In this document: positions 12,321-22,698 of the stretch, piece after piece
Position numbering within the stretch: position 1 is the stretch's first letter
Layout of the letters: each line of letters opens with the position of its first letter
Assembly (NCBI RefSeq): GCF_001194135.2
Contig: NC_068992.1
Coordinates: forward strand, 3,500,663-3,542,333
Length of the DNA: 41,671 nucleotides
Source: Octopus bimaculoides
Lineage: Eukaryota
Direction of reading: 5' to 3'
The notes under the pieces: generated by a model
Database searches by the model: none
Seen by the model: the letters and a program-made list of their open reading frames with translations, nothing else
What the model was told of the DNA's origin: nothing
Position numbers and translations under genes: made by a program

Positions 12321-12513
12321 GTGTTAGTCCCCCCCAAACATCGCTTGACAACCGATGTTGGTGTGTTTACGTCCCCGTAAGCTAGCGGTTCGGCAAAAGT
12401 GACCGATAGAATAAGTACTAGGCTTACAAAGAATAAGTCCTGGGGTCCATTTGCTCGCCGGAAGGCGGTGCTCCAGCATGGCCGCAGTCAAATGACTGAA
12501 ACAAATAAAAGAA
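11925..12513 (+). mobile_element. SINE family A: 5' half (11925-12066), (TA)n, ~180-bp insert, (CTAT)n, 3' half (12320-12513)
   Basis: The 5' half ends ..tttggtaaatggaaact..aagcccatcg as at 21240-21402. The 3' half is well conserved. Confidence 0.75.
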
Positions 12514-12544
12514 TATATATACATATATACACGCGCGCGCGCGT

Positions 12545-12581
<37 letters not shown>

Positions 12582-12629
12582 GATTTCTGACAAAGTAATA
12601 TGCTACGAATGTTTGAATGATATAACAGT

Positions 12630-13033
12630 CAATTAAATTATCTCAGGACTTAGATGGTGCCTTTTCTTTACTGAATCCCATAAAGATATACATCGATGTT
12701 TAACCCATTCATGACGATCGTCTGTTTAAACTGACCCTTAGGGTATAAAACAAATACTTGATGCAAATTGTGATTTGTGTATGATCTGCATCAAAGAATG
12801 AAACATGTTCTTAACGCGTATGCAGTCTGTGTCAAACGGATTTCAATGAAATTTTTCTTCAGTTTTTATTTAGGTCAAGATAATATTGTCTGGGAATTTT
12901 CAGGCAATTTCATTCACTAGAAAAATTTCGGTACGAATGGGTTAAATTATCCCAGGACTTAGTTGGTACTTTTCTTTCTTTTCTTTTTTTTTTTATTACT
13001 GAACCCCCAGAAAGATATACATCGATGTTTAAC
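12630..13033. repeat. Local duplication of a ~75-95-bp segment (12630-12704 and ~12940-13033)
   Basis: Identical 23-mer aaagatatacatcgatgtttaac at 12682 and 13011, preceded in both by ttaaattat.Ycaggacttag.tggt.c. Confidence 0.8.
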
Positions 13034-13822
13034 TCAGAATATAGAATAACAACCCCCCCCCCCAAGAATATCACAAAAAGCCAAAAACAAAACAACAACG
13101 TATTCCATTCGGCATTTTATCAGCATTATTGTATCATCATCATCATTATCACCATCACCATCATCATTACCATAATTACTATCATCCTCGCCTTCCTCCT
13201 CCTCCTCCTTGCTCCTTCTCTTCTTCATGCCCCTTCTCCTCCGCCTCCTTCCTTTCTCCTCCTCCTCCTTCCTTTCTCCTCCTCTTCCTCCTCGACGTCG
13301 CCGTTACCAACTCTATATATAGTCATGCTCCTTGCTTAAAATGCTTTAAGAAAATGGTAAATCCAAAGAAGAAAAAAAAAACCCCAAAGATAAGCAGTAT
13401 GTTTTCTTGGGTGTGTCTGTTGTGTCTGGTGTTCTATTTAAACCGGGTGGCTGAGTGGTAGGGGAACACCAATAACGGGTACATGAAGAATGTATACCGA
13501 ATAAACAGTTCATTCAAATAACGTGTGTAGCTCAGACAACTTGAAATTCTTTCGGGTACATATCACCATATGGGGGTAGAGCGGTAAATGGTGACACACG
13601 CACGCGCGCGCACACACACACACATGCAAACACACACACACATATTTTCATGCTCAAGCGCATATATAAACAGACACACAGGAGGTTTGCTTATACACAA
13701 ACACCCCTTACACACCCAACCCATCATGGTTGTATGTATGTACATCTCTTTTTCTCTCTTTCCCTCCCATCCTCTCTCCCTCCCTTCTCTCCCTCCTCTC
13801 CTCTCTCTCTCTCCCCTCCTCT

Positions 13823-14145
13823 TCATATGCTGGGCTCAAATCTCATCTGCGAACCCATGAAAAACGAACTTCCACCAACTATTCTGCATATATGTCTGTG
13901 TGCACCTCGCAATGCAATGTATGCCAGAAAGTTTGCAAATCCAACGGAGGCCTCAAAAGACATTTTAAGATCCACAAAGATCAGAACTTATCTGCAGCTC
14001 TTGATGGTCCAAATCCGATATGCAATCTATGTGGGTGTCTTTTCAAAATATTGTCTGGTTTAAAAAGCCACATAAGATGCCATGATGGTTCTAAGGTGTA
14101 GGTGCAGGAGGTGGTCAAACTCTGTGTAAGGAGTATACAACCACA
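13823..14145 (+). mobile_element. 3' end of an RTE-like LINE encoding terminal C2H2 zinc fingers
   Basis: YAGLKSHLRTH..CNVCQKVCKSNGGLKRHFKIH..CNLCGCLFKILSGLKSHIRCH*, stop at 14099-14101, short 3' UTR, then a microsatellite. A second copy lies at 39855-40066. Confidence 0.7.
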
Positions 14146-14525
14146 CATGCACATACACACGCACATATATATATTCATGTGTGTGTGTGTGTGTGTGTGT
14201 GTATACCCACAAACATGCACGCACACCACGGACATACATATACACATACATATTCGCATAAACGTATATACGTCAGTGTATGGACATCATACCTGCACAG
14301 ACGCATACGTACGCACAAGCAGGTGTGGACGTGAAACTCGAAGAAGCCTGCGCGTGTGCTCCAGCATGGCCGTGTGTTGGCTGAAACAAATCAAGAATCG
14401 CAAAAACTAAAGAACACACACACACAACACAAAGCAACACACTCTCTCACACACACACATACGTACACACAGGCACACACACACAAATACTTACACGCAT
14501 ATAGACACAAACATAAACACACCCA

Positions 14526-14579
<54 letters not shown>

Positions 14580-14715
14580 ACGCACACACACAGAAACGTA
14601 AAGTGTCGGAAAAACTGCCATGTTTTAAAATTGTTACAAGTATTGAATTTCCGGAGGCTTTATCGCAATAGCAACACAATCGTCTTCGCCTTCTTACACG
14701 CGCGCGCGCGCACAC

Positions 14716-14767
<52 letters not shown>

Positions 14768-14968
14768 ACACACATTCGTGTATTACACACACATATATAT
14801 ATATACATATACATATATACATATGCTTATATATATAAATACACGCATACTCGCACGCACACAAACACACATACACACACACACATACATATATATATAC
14901 ACACATACATATATGCACACATACATACATATGCATTTATATACACATACACATATATATACATATAC

Positions 14969-15009
<41 letters not shown>

Positions 15010-15355
15010 NNNNNNNNNNTATATATATATATATATACTTACAGACATACTCGCACACGCATGCCCAAGCACATACACAGACATACACAAATATATGTAT
15101 ATATTATGTGCGCGTGTATACATATGAACACTCTCAAATGTAAAGAACACCCTGTTTTTGTATATAAACAGACAATTTTAGTCTCACCGTGAAAAGTAAA
15201 CGAAATGTATACACCACAAGATGTCTATTAGTCTGAGCAGAATATATGGCGAGATCAATCCAACCAGTTTCTTACCTTATATGGGATTTTTTTTAAAGTC
15301 CTTAATTGGTTGTGTACCAGTGTCCGAGATTATTCCAACATCTTTCACTCTTGCT

Positions 15356-15417
15356 GAATCGAAACCACAATCTTATGATCATGAGTCCAGCACCCCAACC
15401 GCTAGGCCACACCTGGC
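15356..15417 (-). mobile_element. Isolated tRNA-like SINE head (family C-like)
   Basis: The reverse complement gccaggtgtggcctagcggttggggtgctggactcatgatcataagattgtggtttcgattc has A and B boxes but no acceptor stem. Confidence 0.65.
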
Positions 15418-15733
15418 GTTGGTTACCGTTTGCGGGTCAAAGATCATCTGGAAACTATTTTGAAGAGAAGCCACATCAACTCATTTGGTGGTTTCTCTTT
15501 AGGAAACAGTGATTGCAGAAATGAAGGAGCAAGTCATTCCGTACTCCCAGGAGGAGCGAGGAACGAAGTGAACGAGCCAGGTTAGATCTGACTATTGCAA
15601 CTAAACATTTATATGTTCTGTCTGCAACCGAAAGATACATAGGGCGGATTGAGATGCACAGCTACCAAACGATTCACAAATGAAGATGATAGTTAGCATC
15701 GGACTTAACTGAAGTGTGCGCGCGCGTGTGTGT

Positions 15734-16050
15734 GAAAGTGCGTGACTTAGTGGACAAGGTATTCGGCTCACGATCAAGGTCGTGAGTTCAATTCCCAACA
15801 ACGCGTTGTGTCCCTGTACAAGACATTTTATGTCACGTTGCTCCAGTCCACTCAGCTGGCAAAAATGAGGTTCTACCTGTAATTCAAAGGGTCAGCTTTG
15901 TCACACTCTGTGTCATGCTGAACCTCCCCGAGAACTACGTTAAGGGTACACGTGCCTGTGGAGTGCTCATGCACGTTAATTTTACGAGAAAGCTGTTCCG
16001 TTGATCGGATCAACTGGAACCTACGTCGTTACAACCGACGGAGTGCCAGC
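15734..16050 (+). mobile_element. SINE family C, near full length (tRNA head, CORE-like domain, 3' tail)
   Basis: A box tgacttagtgg, B box gagttcaattcc, CORE-like gcgttgtgtccctgtacaagacattttatgtcacgttgctccagtccactcagctggcaaaaatga. Octopus OR-type SINEs are known CORE-SINEs; the exact family was not assigned. Confidence 0.85.
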
Positions 16051-16507
16051 TAAAAGTGTGTGTGTGGGTGTGTGTGCTTCCGAATTTGACCGATTTAAAT
16101 AGTTTGACTTGTCAATGGCTGTATAGAAATTATTTCCAGTTCTGACAAAAACAAATGTTGAACTGTTGACCTCAACCTTTTTGTTATCTAGTAACTTAAG
16201 CACGTTTCAAACAGGCCAGACTCCGTACAGAAATGATTTCTTTCTTTCTCACTACCCTTCCCTTAACTTCCTTCAACCGAGGTCAAAAGTACAAAAACTC
16301 CGTCCACCAAGACTTAATAACAACTGAACTCTAAACTTTAGGCACGTAATTATTTCCAATATTCTGTTTAATTTGGTACATTGGACATTATTAGGCACAG
16401 AGAATGCCATAACAAAACATTAGAGAAATTCTTTGTGGGTCAAAGCCTCTACCATCAACCAACACCATCGCCTTCAACTGGCGATCAGTGGCCGAGTCAA
16501 AACGGTT

Positions 16508-16538
<31 letters not shown>

Positions 16539-16769
16539 ATTAAAATAAAAAGTGGAAAACAAACATTTGGCATCACTAGTAAAAATCTTTAATTTAGAGA
16601 ATATGAACGTATAGAGTCTCTTCCAACTGTTTCCAGAGTCGCCAAGCATGTGGATTTCGATATTGAGTAAGGATTCTTTAAGCTGAGTACACCGTCATCA
16701 GAGAGGGAGACGTCAGCAATTCTCTCACTCTCAATCTTTAGAAAAATTGATAATAATAATAATAATAAT

Positions 16770-16848
16770 GAGGGCTGTTAACTTAGTTCACTGGTAGAGA
16801 ACAGCTGATACCGTAGTACATCTCCAGCGTTAGAAGATGTGCAAAGAC
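16770..16848 (+). mobile_element. Short unique segment embedded in (TAA)n; possibly a heavily 5'-truncated 3' end of an R4/Dong-type element
   Basis: (TAA)n on both sides. It ends ..tgcaaagacaataaaataataa, loosely like the Dong 3' end at 41214 (..tgcaaaacaaaagtcaaacataaaataataa). Confidence 0.3.
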
Positions 16849-16862
16849 AATAAAATAATAAC

Positions 16863-16920
<58 letters not shown>

Positions 16921-17621
16921 TGACCCAATGGGGGGAAAAAACTCAGAAGTAGCGACAAAAATGCACTCTGTCAGCTGAAGAACTAAAAAATAAAAGAAAC
17001 ATTAGATTAATCATTTATAACATATTTTCGCCGTGAATGTTTTTTTGTGACTTAATGTTATGGCTTTCCCTTGTGACTTGTGTACTCTTGGATTCATTGA
17101 GGCATCGTGAATGTAGTGAATGTGCGAAACACAAAAATGCAAATACAAACAGGAAATGCTTTAATATACGTCTTTTTGCGGTAAATGCAACAGTAATAAC
17201 AATATTTTCTAATAAAGGCCACAAAGCTACAGATTTTAAGGAATGGTTACCGCCGTTTACTAAACTGCTACAGCTGTATTTTATACCCCCCACCATCAAA
17301 AAAACAATGAGGTTTTAATGATTTAAAACAAAATTAGATACAAAGTAACAACATCTGATTCCATTTGTTATTGTTGTTATTTGGCTTCGGCCCAGCTTCG
17401 ACAGAACAGACCTATGGCTTTCCTACGGTGACTACACTGTTTCCTTTTTTTTTTCTTTGTATCCAGGATGATGTCATTCAGTGTGTCTGTTTTTTAGTTG
17501 ATACGGCAGGGAGTGATTTCAGAGAGATTCGATCGTTATTTCTGGCAGGCTATGTGACTATGTTCAAGCACTCTCGTCGACTCTTCGTTCTCAGCTACTG
17601 ATATAAACGTGATATAACATG

Positions 17622-17664
<43 letters not shown>

Positions 17665-18359
17665 TGCGTGCGTACGTATAGGGAGAGAAAGAGGGAGGGA
17701 CGGAGAGAAAACCAGACGGTTAGGTGGTATTAATATGATGCTTAAGTTCATTCAAATCGAGACAAACGTGGAATTGTTGAAGAATTTAGAGCGCAAACCG
17801 TACGGCCTCAGAGGCTGTGGAGTTAAGAGAATAAGATATAGATGAATAGATAGATAAAGAGAAAGATAGACAAACAGACAGACAGATAGATACATTGATA
17901 GATAGGTAGACAGACCGATAGGTAGACAGACAGATGAATGGATGGATGGGTGAATAGATGGATGGATAGACAGAAAGATGATAGATGCAGAGATAGAAAA
18001 GTTGGTAGATAAATTGATAGTTTATAGATAGATAGAGTTAGAGAGAGAGGGGGAGAGAGAGCGGGAGCGACACAGCGGGAGAGAGAGCGGGAGAGACACA
18101 GCGGGAGAGAGAGAAAAGAGAAGAGAGAAACGAATGAGGGAGGTGATGAGGGAAATATTAAAGAAATAGATAAGGAAGAAAGAGAGAGAGAAAAAGGAAG
18201 CGTGAGAAAGAGAGGAGAAAAAGGAAGGGTGGGACTGGAGTAGGAAGATAACAAGAAAGGAAATAATGAAGCCGGCCTCTCCGCTTCCCGTCACCTTTTC
18301 GACGTTCCTGTCTACACACACAAAGAATGTGCGTGTGTAAAGAGAGGGCTGCCTCTTGC

Positions 18360-18395
18360 TTTGGCGGGAAACCAGAGAACGTTATCACTTCCGGT
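18360..18395. promoter_or_regulatory. Adjacent E2F-like (TTTGGCGGGAAA) and ETS-like (ACTTCCGG) motifs
   Basis: Motif matches at 18360-18371 and 18387-18394 in a CpG-containing non-repeat patch. No transcript evidence. Confidence 0.25.
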
Positions 18396-18598
18396 GTATG
18401 CGGTAGGGACATGGAAATCGTTGGTTGATGTATATTTAAACATAACATACGTGTAGATTGACCCAGACGCTTACAATTGCTGCTCACAATGCGCACACGC
18501 ACATGCGCACGCGTACACGCGCGCACGCAGACTTTAGAGTATGCATATGTGGCTACCGACCATATGTCTGTGTTCAGACATTATGTATAAACATTAAG

Positions 18599-18638
<40 letters not shown>

Positions 18639-18756
18639 GGATCAAAACAGCTTGATTCAAATTCGTTGGTACTCCGATATATATATATGTGTGTGTGTGT
18701 GTGTATATGTGTGTGTGTTTGGGTGTGTATGTATATATGTGTGTGTTTGCGTGTGC

Positions 18757-18806
<50 letters not shown>

Positions 18807-18949
18807 NNNNNNNNNNACATGTGTGTGTGTATGTATATGTAAGTGTGCGTGTGTTTTTGCGTGTATATGTGTGTGTGCGCGCGTGTGTATGTATATATAT
18901 GTGTGTGTTGGCGTGTGCATGTATATATATATATATATATATATATAAT

Positions 18950-19066
18950 TCTTCGAAACGCCGGTGTTTTAATGGTGGCAGCTGATGAAGGAGATGTTTC
19001 TGTGTGGCTTGCTTGTTTGTTGTACCTTGTTTATCATTTTGTCCATGTTCTTTTGCCACGTCATGT
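18950..19066 (+). ncRNA. Hammerhead-ribozyme-like repeat, copy A (non-circularly permuted order; stem I partly degenerate)
   Basis: UCUUC-GAA-ACG (18950-18960), GCAG-CUGAUGA-A-GGAGA (18978-18994), CGU-C-AUGU (19059-19066). Stem II 5 bp, stem III 3 bp; position 1.1 is mismatched. Confidence 0.55.
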
Positions 19067-19313
19067 ACCCAGTTATGTATCTATGTGTACATGTGGATGA
19101 AGGTATATACACACATGTACATATATATGCATATACTCATATATTGTTTATATATATATATATACATGTGTGTGCGTATGTATATGTAAGTGTGTGTGTG
19201 TTTGTGAGTATGTGTGTGTATGTGCATGTGTGCAAGTTAATTATTTCCATTTTTCTAAACATTTAAGATATATATATCTTTTACTCTGCGTCTATGTGAG
19301 TAAATTATGCTTC

Positions 19314-19376
<63 letters not shown>

Positions 19377-19687
19377 TTTTGACGTAGTAATAGTTTATAA
19401 ACTTTCGCGAAAACGTAAAATATTTTTCTTTCGGAACGGTGAATCTCGATGCATATAAAGCTATAAGTAATAGTATGTTTGGTTTTAAACCCATTTGGAT
19501 ACATACATAGTTATCTGTACGAATGTATGTTTGTATGTATAAATTATACATGCATACATATATATATATAAATACATATATATATATATGTATATATATG
19601 CATGTATGTCTGTGTATATATATATTTATATATATATGTATGTATGTACACACACACAGACAGACAGACACACACACACACACACAC

Positions 19688-19866
19688 AGAGTAATCCCTC
19701 GCCATATCGCGGTTCCTCCACGGTGTTGTTTTGCATTTATAATAAAATAAATATATACAAATTATAAAAATAACAAATTAAAATATACAGTACAGTACTG
19801 TTTTCACTTCGCGGATTTTCACCTATCACGGGGGGGGGGTTTTGGATCGTAGTCGAGGGATTATTG
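19688..19866. mobile_element. Tigger/pogo-like MITE (~180 bp)
   Basis: Terminal inverted repeats gtaatccctcg (19691-19701) and cgagggattattg (19854-19866), TA at 19867-19868, and a subterminal cgcggattttcacctatc motif typical of Tigger-like ends. Confidence 0.7.
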
Positions 19867-20688
19867 TATATATATATATTTATACGCGTATAAGTATAAT
19901 CCGTACATAGTCACACATGTAGAAATGCTTACATACTATATATATACACACACACACACGCATACGTATGTGCGCCTGTGTACGTGTGTGTGTGTGTGTT
20001 CTTATGTGTATGCATGTGTGCTCCTGTGTGTGTGCGTGAAAGTGTACGTAAAGTGTTTTATGCCTTTTTATGCGTGTGTTTATCTTTGGAAGTGTTCAAA
20101 TCCCGCGCTCACAAAACGCACACATACCCGCACATACGCAAAGACACAACACACACAGACACACACGCTACGCATACATACATGCACACACACAATAAAT
20201 TTCATTCTCAACAAAATCAAAAATATTCCTTTTTGGAACAGAAACCCGACGGAAAGCTAGGCAGACACAGGCAAACACACACACATCCACAATACACTAC
20301 ACATATACATGAACACATACACACATCCATATATCAGAGCGCGTGCCCGTCTGTAGGCACAGACACACACATCCGCGCCCATACTGGCACACACATGTCA
20401 TTAAAAAAAAATGTATGCCATTGTATAATATTACATTGTATTGATAGAAAAGCGATGTCTGGGGTAGTGGGTCACTAAGGCAGGCTGCGGTTGGCTGAGG
20501 AAAGCCGTCTGTCTGTCGGCTTGTCTGTCTGTAAGGCTGACAGGGTGGGTGGCTGGCTGGTATGCTGGGCGGCTTGCTTGCTCGCTTGCTGGCCGGTTGG
20601 ATCGCTGGTAGGTTAGCTGACTGGCGGTCGTCGGCGTGCGGCGGGATGGAGGCGTAGCGTGACTCATAGATAGAGGAGATGCACGGAC

Positions 20689-20745
<57 letters not shown>

Positions 20746-21239
20746 GACAAACACACACACTCATACACGCACACACTCACACACACACACATTCACGTAA
20801 ACACACACGCACGTAAACACACTCGTACGTAAGAACACCCATATACACACGCACACACGCACACAGACACACACTCACACACACACACACGCACGTAAAC
20901 ACACACACATACACACACGCACGTAAATACACTCGTACATAAGAACACCCACATACACACGCATATACGCACATAAACACACATACACACTGAAGAAAGC
21001 AGGAACATACACTCATATAAGACACAAGAGGTTCACACACATAGACACACACATAGACGCATGCAGAGAAGGGGCCGCTGACGCAGTCCATGAGGTCGCT
21101 TAGCACAAATGCTCACAGCACAAAGACTCACATTTAATCAAGCAAGAACATGCAGACGTGAATTTGTCTATACAAAACAGATGGAAACAGGTAGAAACAG
21201 GGTCTCGTACAGGTACTAACACAGATACAGACGTGGCCA

Positions 21240-21402
21240 GCGCAGGTGTGGCTATGTGATAAGAAGTTTGCATCCCAGCAACATAGTTCCGGGTTCAGTC
21301 CCACTGCGTGACACCTTCGATGAGTGTCTTGCACTACAGCCCCGGGCCAACAAAATCTTTAAAAGCGGATTTGGTAGACGAAAACTGAAAGAAGGCCGTA
21401 GT
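21240..21402 (+). mobile_element. SINE family A, 5' half, followed by (CA)n(TA)n
   Basis: gcgcaggtgtggctatgtgataagaag..gggttcagtcccactgcgtgacacc..gagtgtcttgcactacagcc..ggatttggtagacgaaaactgaaagaaggccgt; homologous to 26186-26349. Confidence 0.85.
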
Positions 21403-21406
21403 ATAT

Positions 21407-21471
<65 letters not shown>

Positions 21472-21549
21472 CAAAGAATATATATACATGTATACACACA
21501 TATATGTACATACTTACATCTACATGTGTATATACATGCATATCAGGGT

Positions 21550-21663
21550 ACAGGACGTTAGAACAATAAACTACAGACAACGGAACGAACACAGGAAAAC
21601 GGAAAGCCACTTGGAATATCCCTTCATCAGCTGTCTCTATTCTATCTAGACGTTTCGAAATAC
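21550..21663 (-). ncRNA. Hammerhead-ribozyme-like repeat, copy B (complete core, non-circularly permuted order)
   Basis: On the minus strand: GUAUUUC-GAA-ACGU ... ACAG-CUGAUGA-A-GGGAUAU ... ACGU-C-CUGU. Stem II 7 bp, stem III 4 bp, stem I 4 bp, GUC triplet. Predicted cleavage between 21554 and 21553. Confidence 0.7.
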
Positions 21664-21861
21664 ACATATACATGCATCCTCTTCCTCCTCCTCCTTCTTC
21701 TTCTTCTTCTTCTTCTTCACGTTTGATACAATCACTCTTCGAGACGCACCCAGCGTCACAGGGTGAATGAAGAAAAAGAGATGTTACAATATGATTGAGA
21801 GCTTGGGGAGGGGAAGTAGCAGGGGCAGTAGCGAAATATCTTCATCTAATGCAACACATGT

Positions 21862-21943
21862 GGAGGCGCAATGGCCCAGTGGTTAGGGCAGCGGACTCGC
21901 GGTCGGAGGATCACGGTTTCGATTCCCAGACCGGGCGTTGTGT
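21862..21943 (+). mobile_element. Well-preserved tRNA-derived SINE head, truncated where it meets the Dong-type fragment
   Basis: ggaggcgcaatggcccagtggttagggcagcggactcgcggtcggaggatcacggtttcgattcccagaccgggcgttgtg with A box tggcccagtgg and B box gtttcgattc. Confidence 0.85.
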
Positions 21944-21944
21944 A

Positions 21945-22535
21945 TCTATATTGGTTCTCCTGAGATATTATCTAGATGTTTCTGACATCCTTTTCTTATC
22001 ATACCTAGGACACTCACAATAACAGGAACAGTTCTCGCTTTAAGATGCCACATTTTTTGAATTTCAATTTCCAGGTCCTTATATTTACTTAATTTGTCAA
22101 ATTCTTTTACAGATATATTTCTATCAGTGGGAACACTTACAGCTATTAGTTTCTAAGTATTATCTTCACAGTCTTTAATGACTATGTCTGGTCGATTAGC
22201 CTGGATCGTTCTGTCGATATTGACTGGAAAATCCCAGCGGATATTGACAATTTTACCTTCAACGATTGGCTCCTGCATACTCCAGTAAGCAGGAGTGCTG
22301 AATTTGTCCTATCTACATTTTTTCCAATGTAAGTACTGTCCTACTCTACCGTGGCGATTTTTGTATTCGTTTGGTGTCAGCACCGGACATCCCGAGACAA
22401 AGATGGTCTATTGTTTCATCCAATTTATCGCAGAATCTGCATTTAGGGTCAGAACCGCTTTGAAGAACGTTAGCCTGGCAGTCTTTTTGTTAGCAAGCTT
22501 TGATCTTGTGCCGCCAATATGAAACTTTCAATCTC

Positions 22536-22536
<1 letters not shown>
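21945..22536 (-). mobile_element. R4/Dong-type (RLE) non-LTR retrotransposon ORF fragment: CCHC knuckle plus restriction-like endonuclease
   Basis: EIESFILAAQDQSLLTK / QANVLQSGSDPKCRFCDKLDETIDHL / GCPVLTPNEYKNRHGRVGQYLHW..RWDFPVNIDRTIQANRPDIVIKD..VSVPTDRNISVKEFDKLSKYKDLEIEIQKMWHLKARTVPVIVSVLGM. Homologous to the 41401-41661 ORF. Confidence 0.9.
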
Positions 22537-22598
<62 letters not shown>

Positions 22599-22639
22599 CA
22601 TTATTATTATTATTATTATCATTATTATTATTATTATTA

Positions 22640-22698
<59 letters not shown>
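22537..22698. repeat. (ATT)n tract at the 5' junction of the Dong-type fragment
   Basis: Direct inspection. Confidence 0.97.

Noticed and set aside
13730-14101. Host C2H2 zinc-finger gene exon
   Set aside because: No TGEKP linkers or splice context. A second copy with a stop shares the same 3' terminus and simple-repeat tail, as expected for LINE ends.
12533-14760. (CG)n(CA)n Z-DNA-prone tracts
   Set aside because: They are a common by-product of (CA)n microsatellites here, with nothing locus-specific.
18981-18990. Box C/D snoRNA (UGAUGA and CUGA motifs)
   Set aside because: The motifs overlap rather than lying at opposite ends, and there is no terminal stem or downstream D box.
18951-18994. 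Conventional type II hammerhead fold of copy A (stem III ACG/UGU with CCGG loop, GUU triplet)
   Set aside because: Stem I would be only 2 bp and copy B cannot form this fold. The downstream GUC strand explains both copies better.
21862-21943. Functional tRNA gene (also heads at 15356, 15734, 7220, 31684)
   Set aside because: A and B boxes are present, but there is no closed acceptor stem or T-run terminator, and the sequence continues into SINE body.
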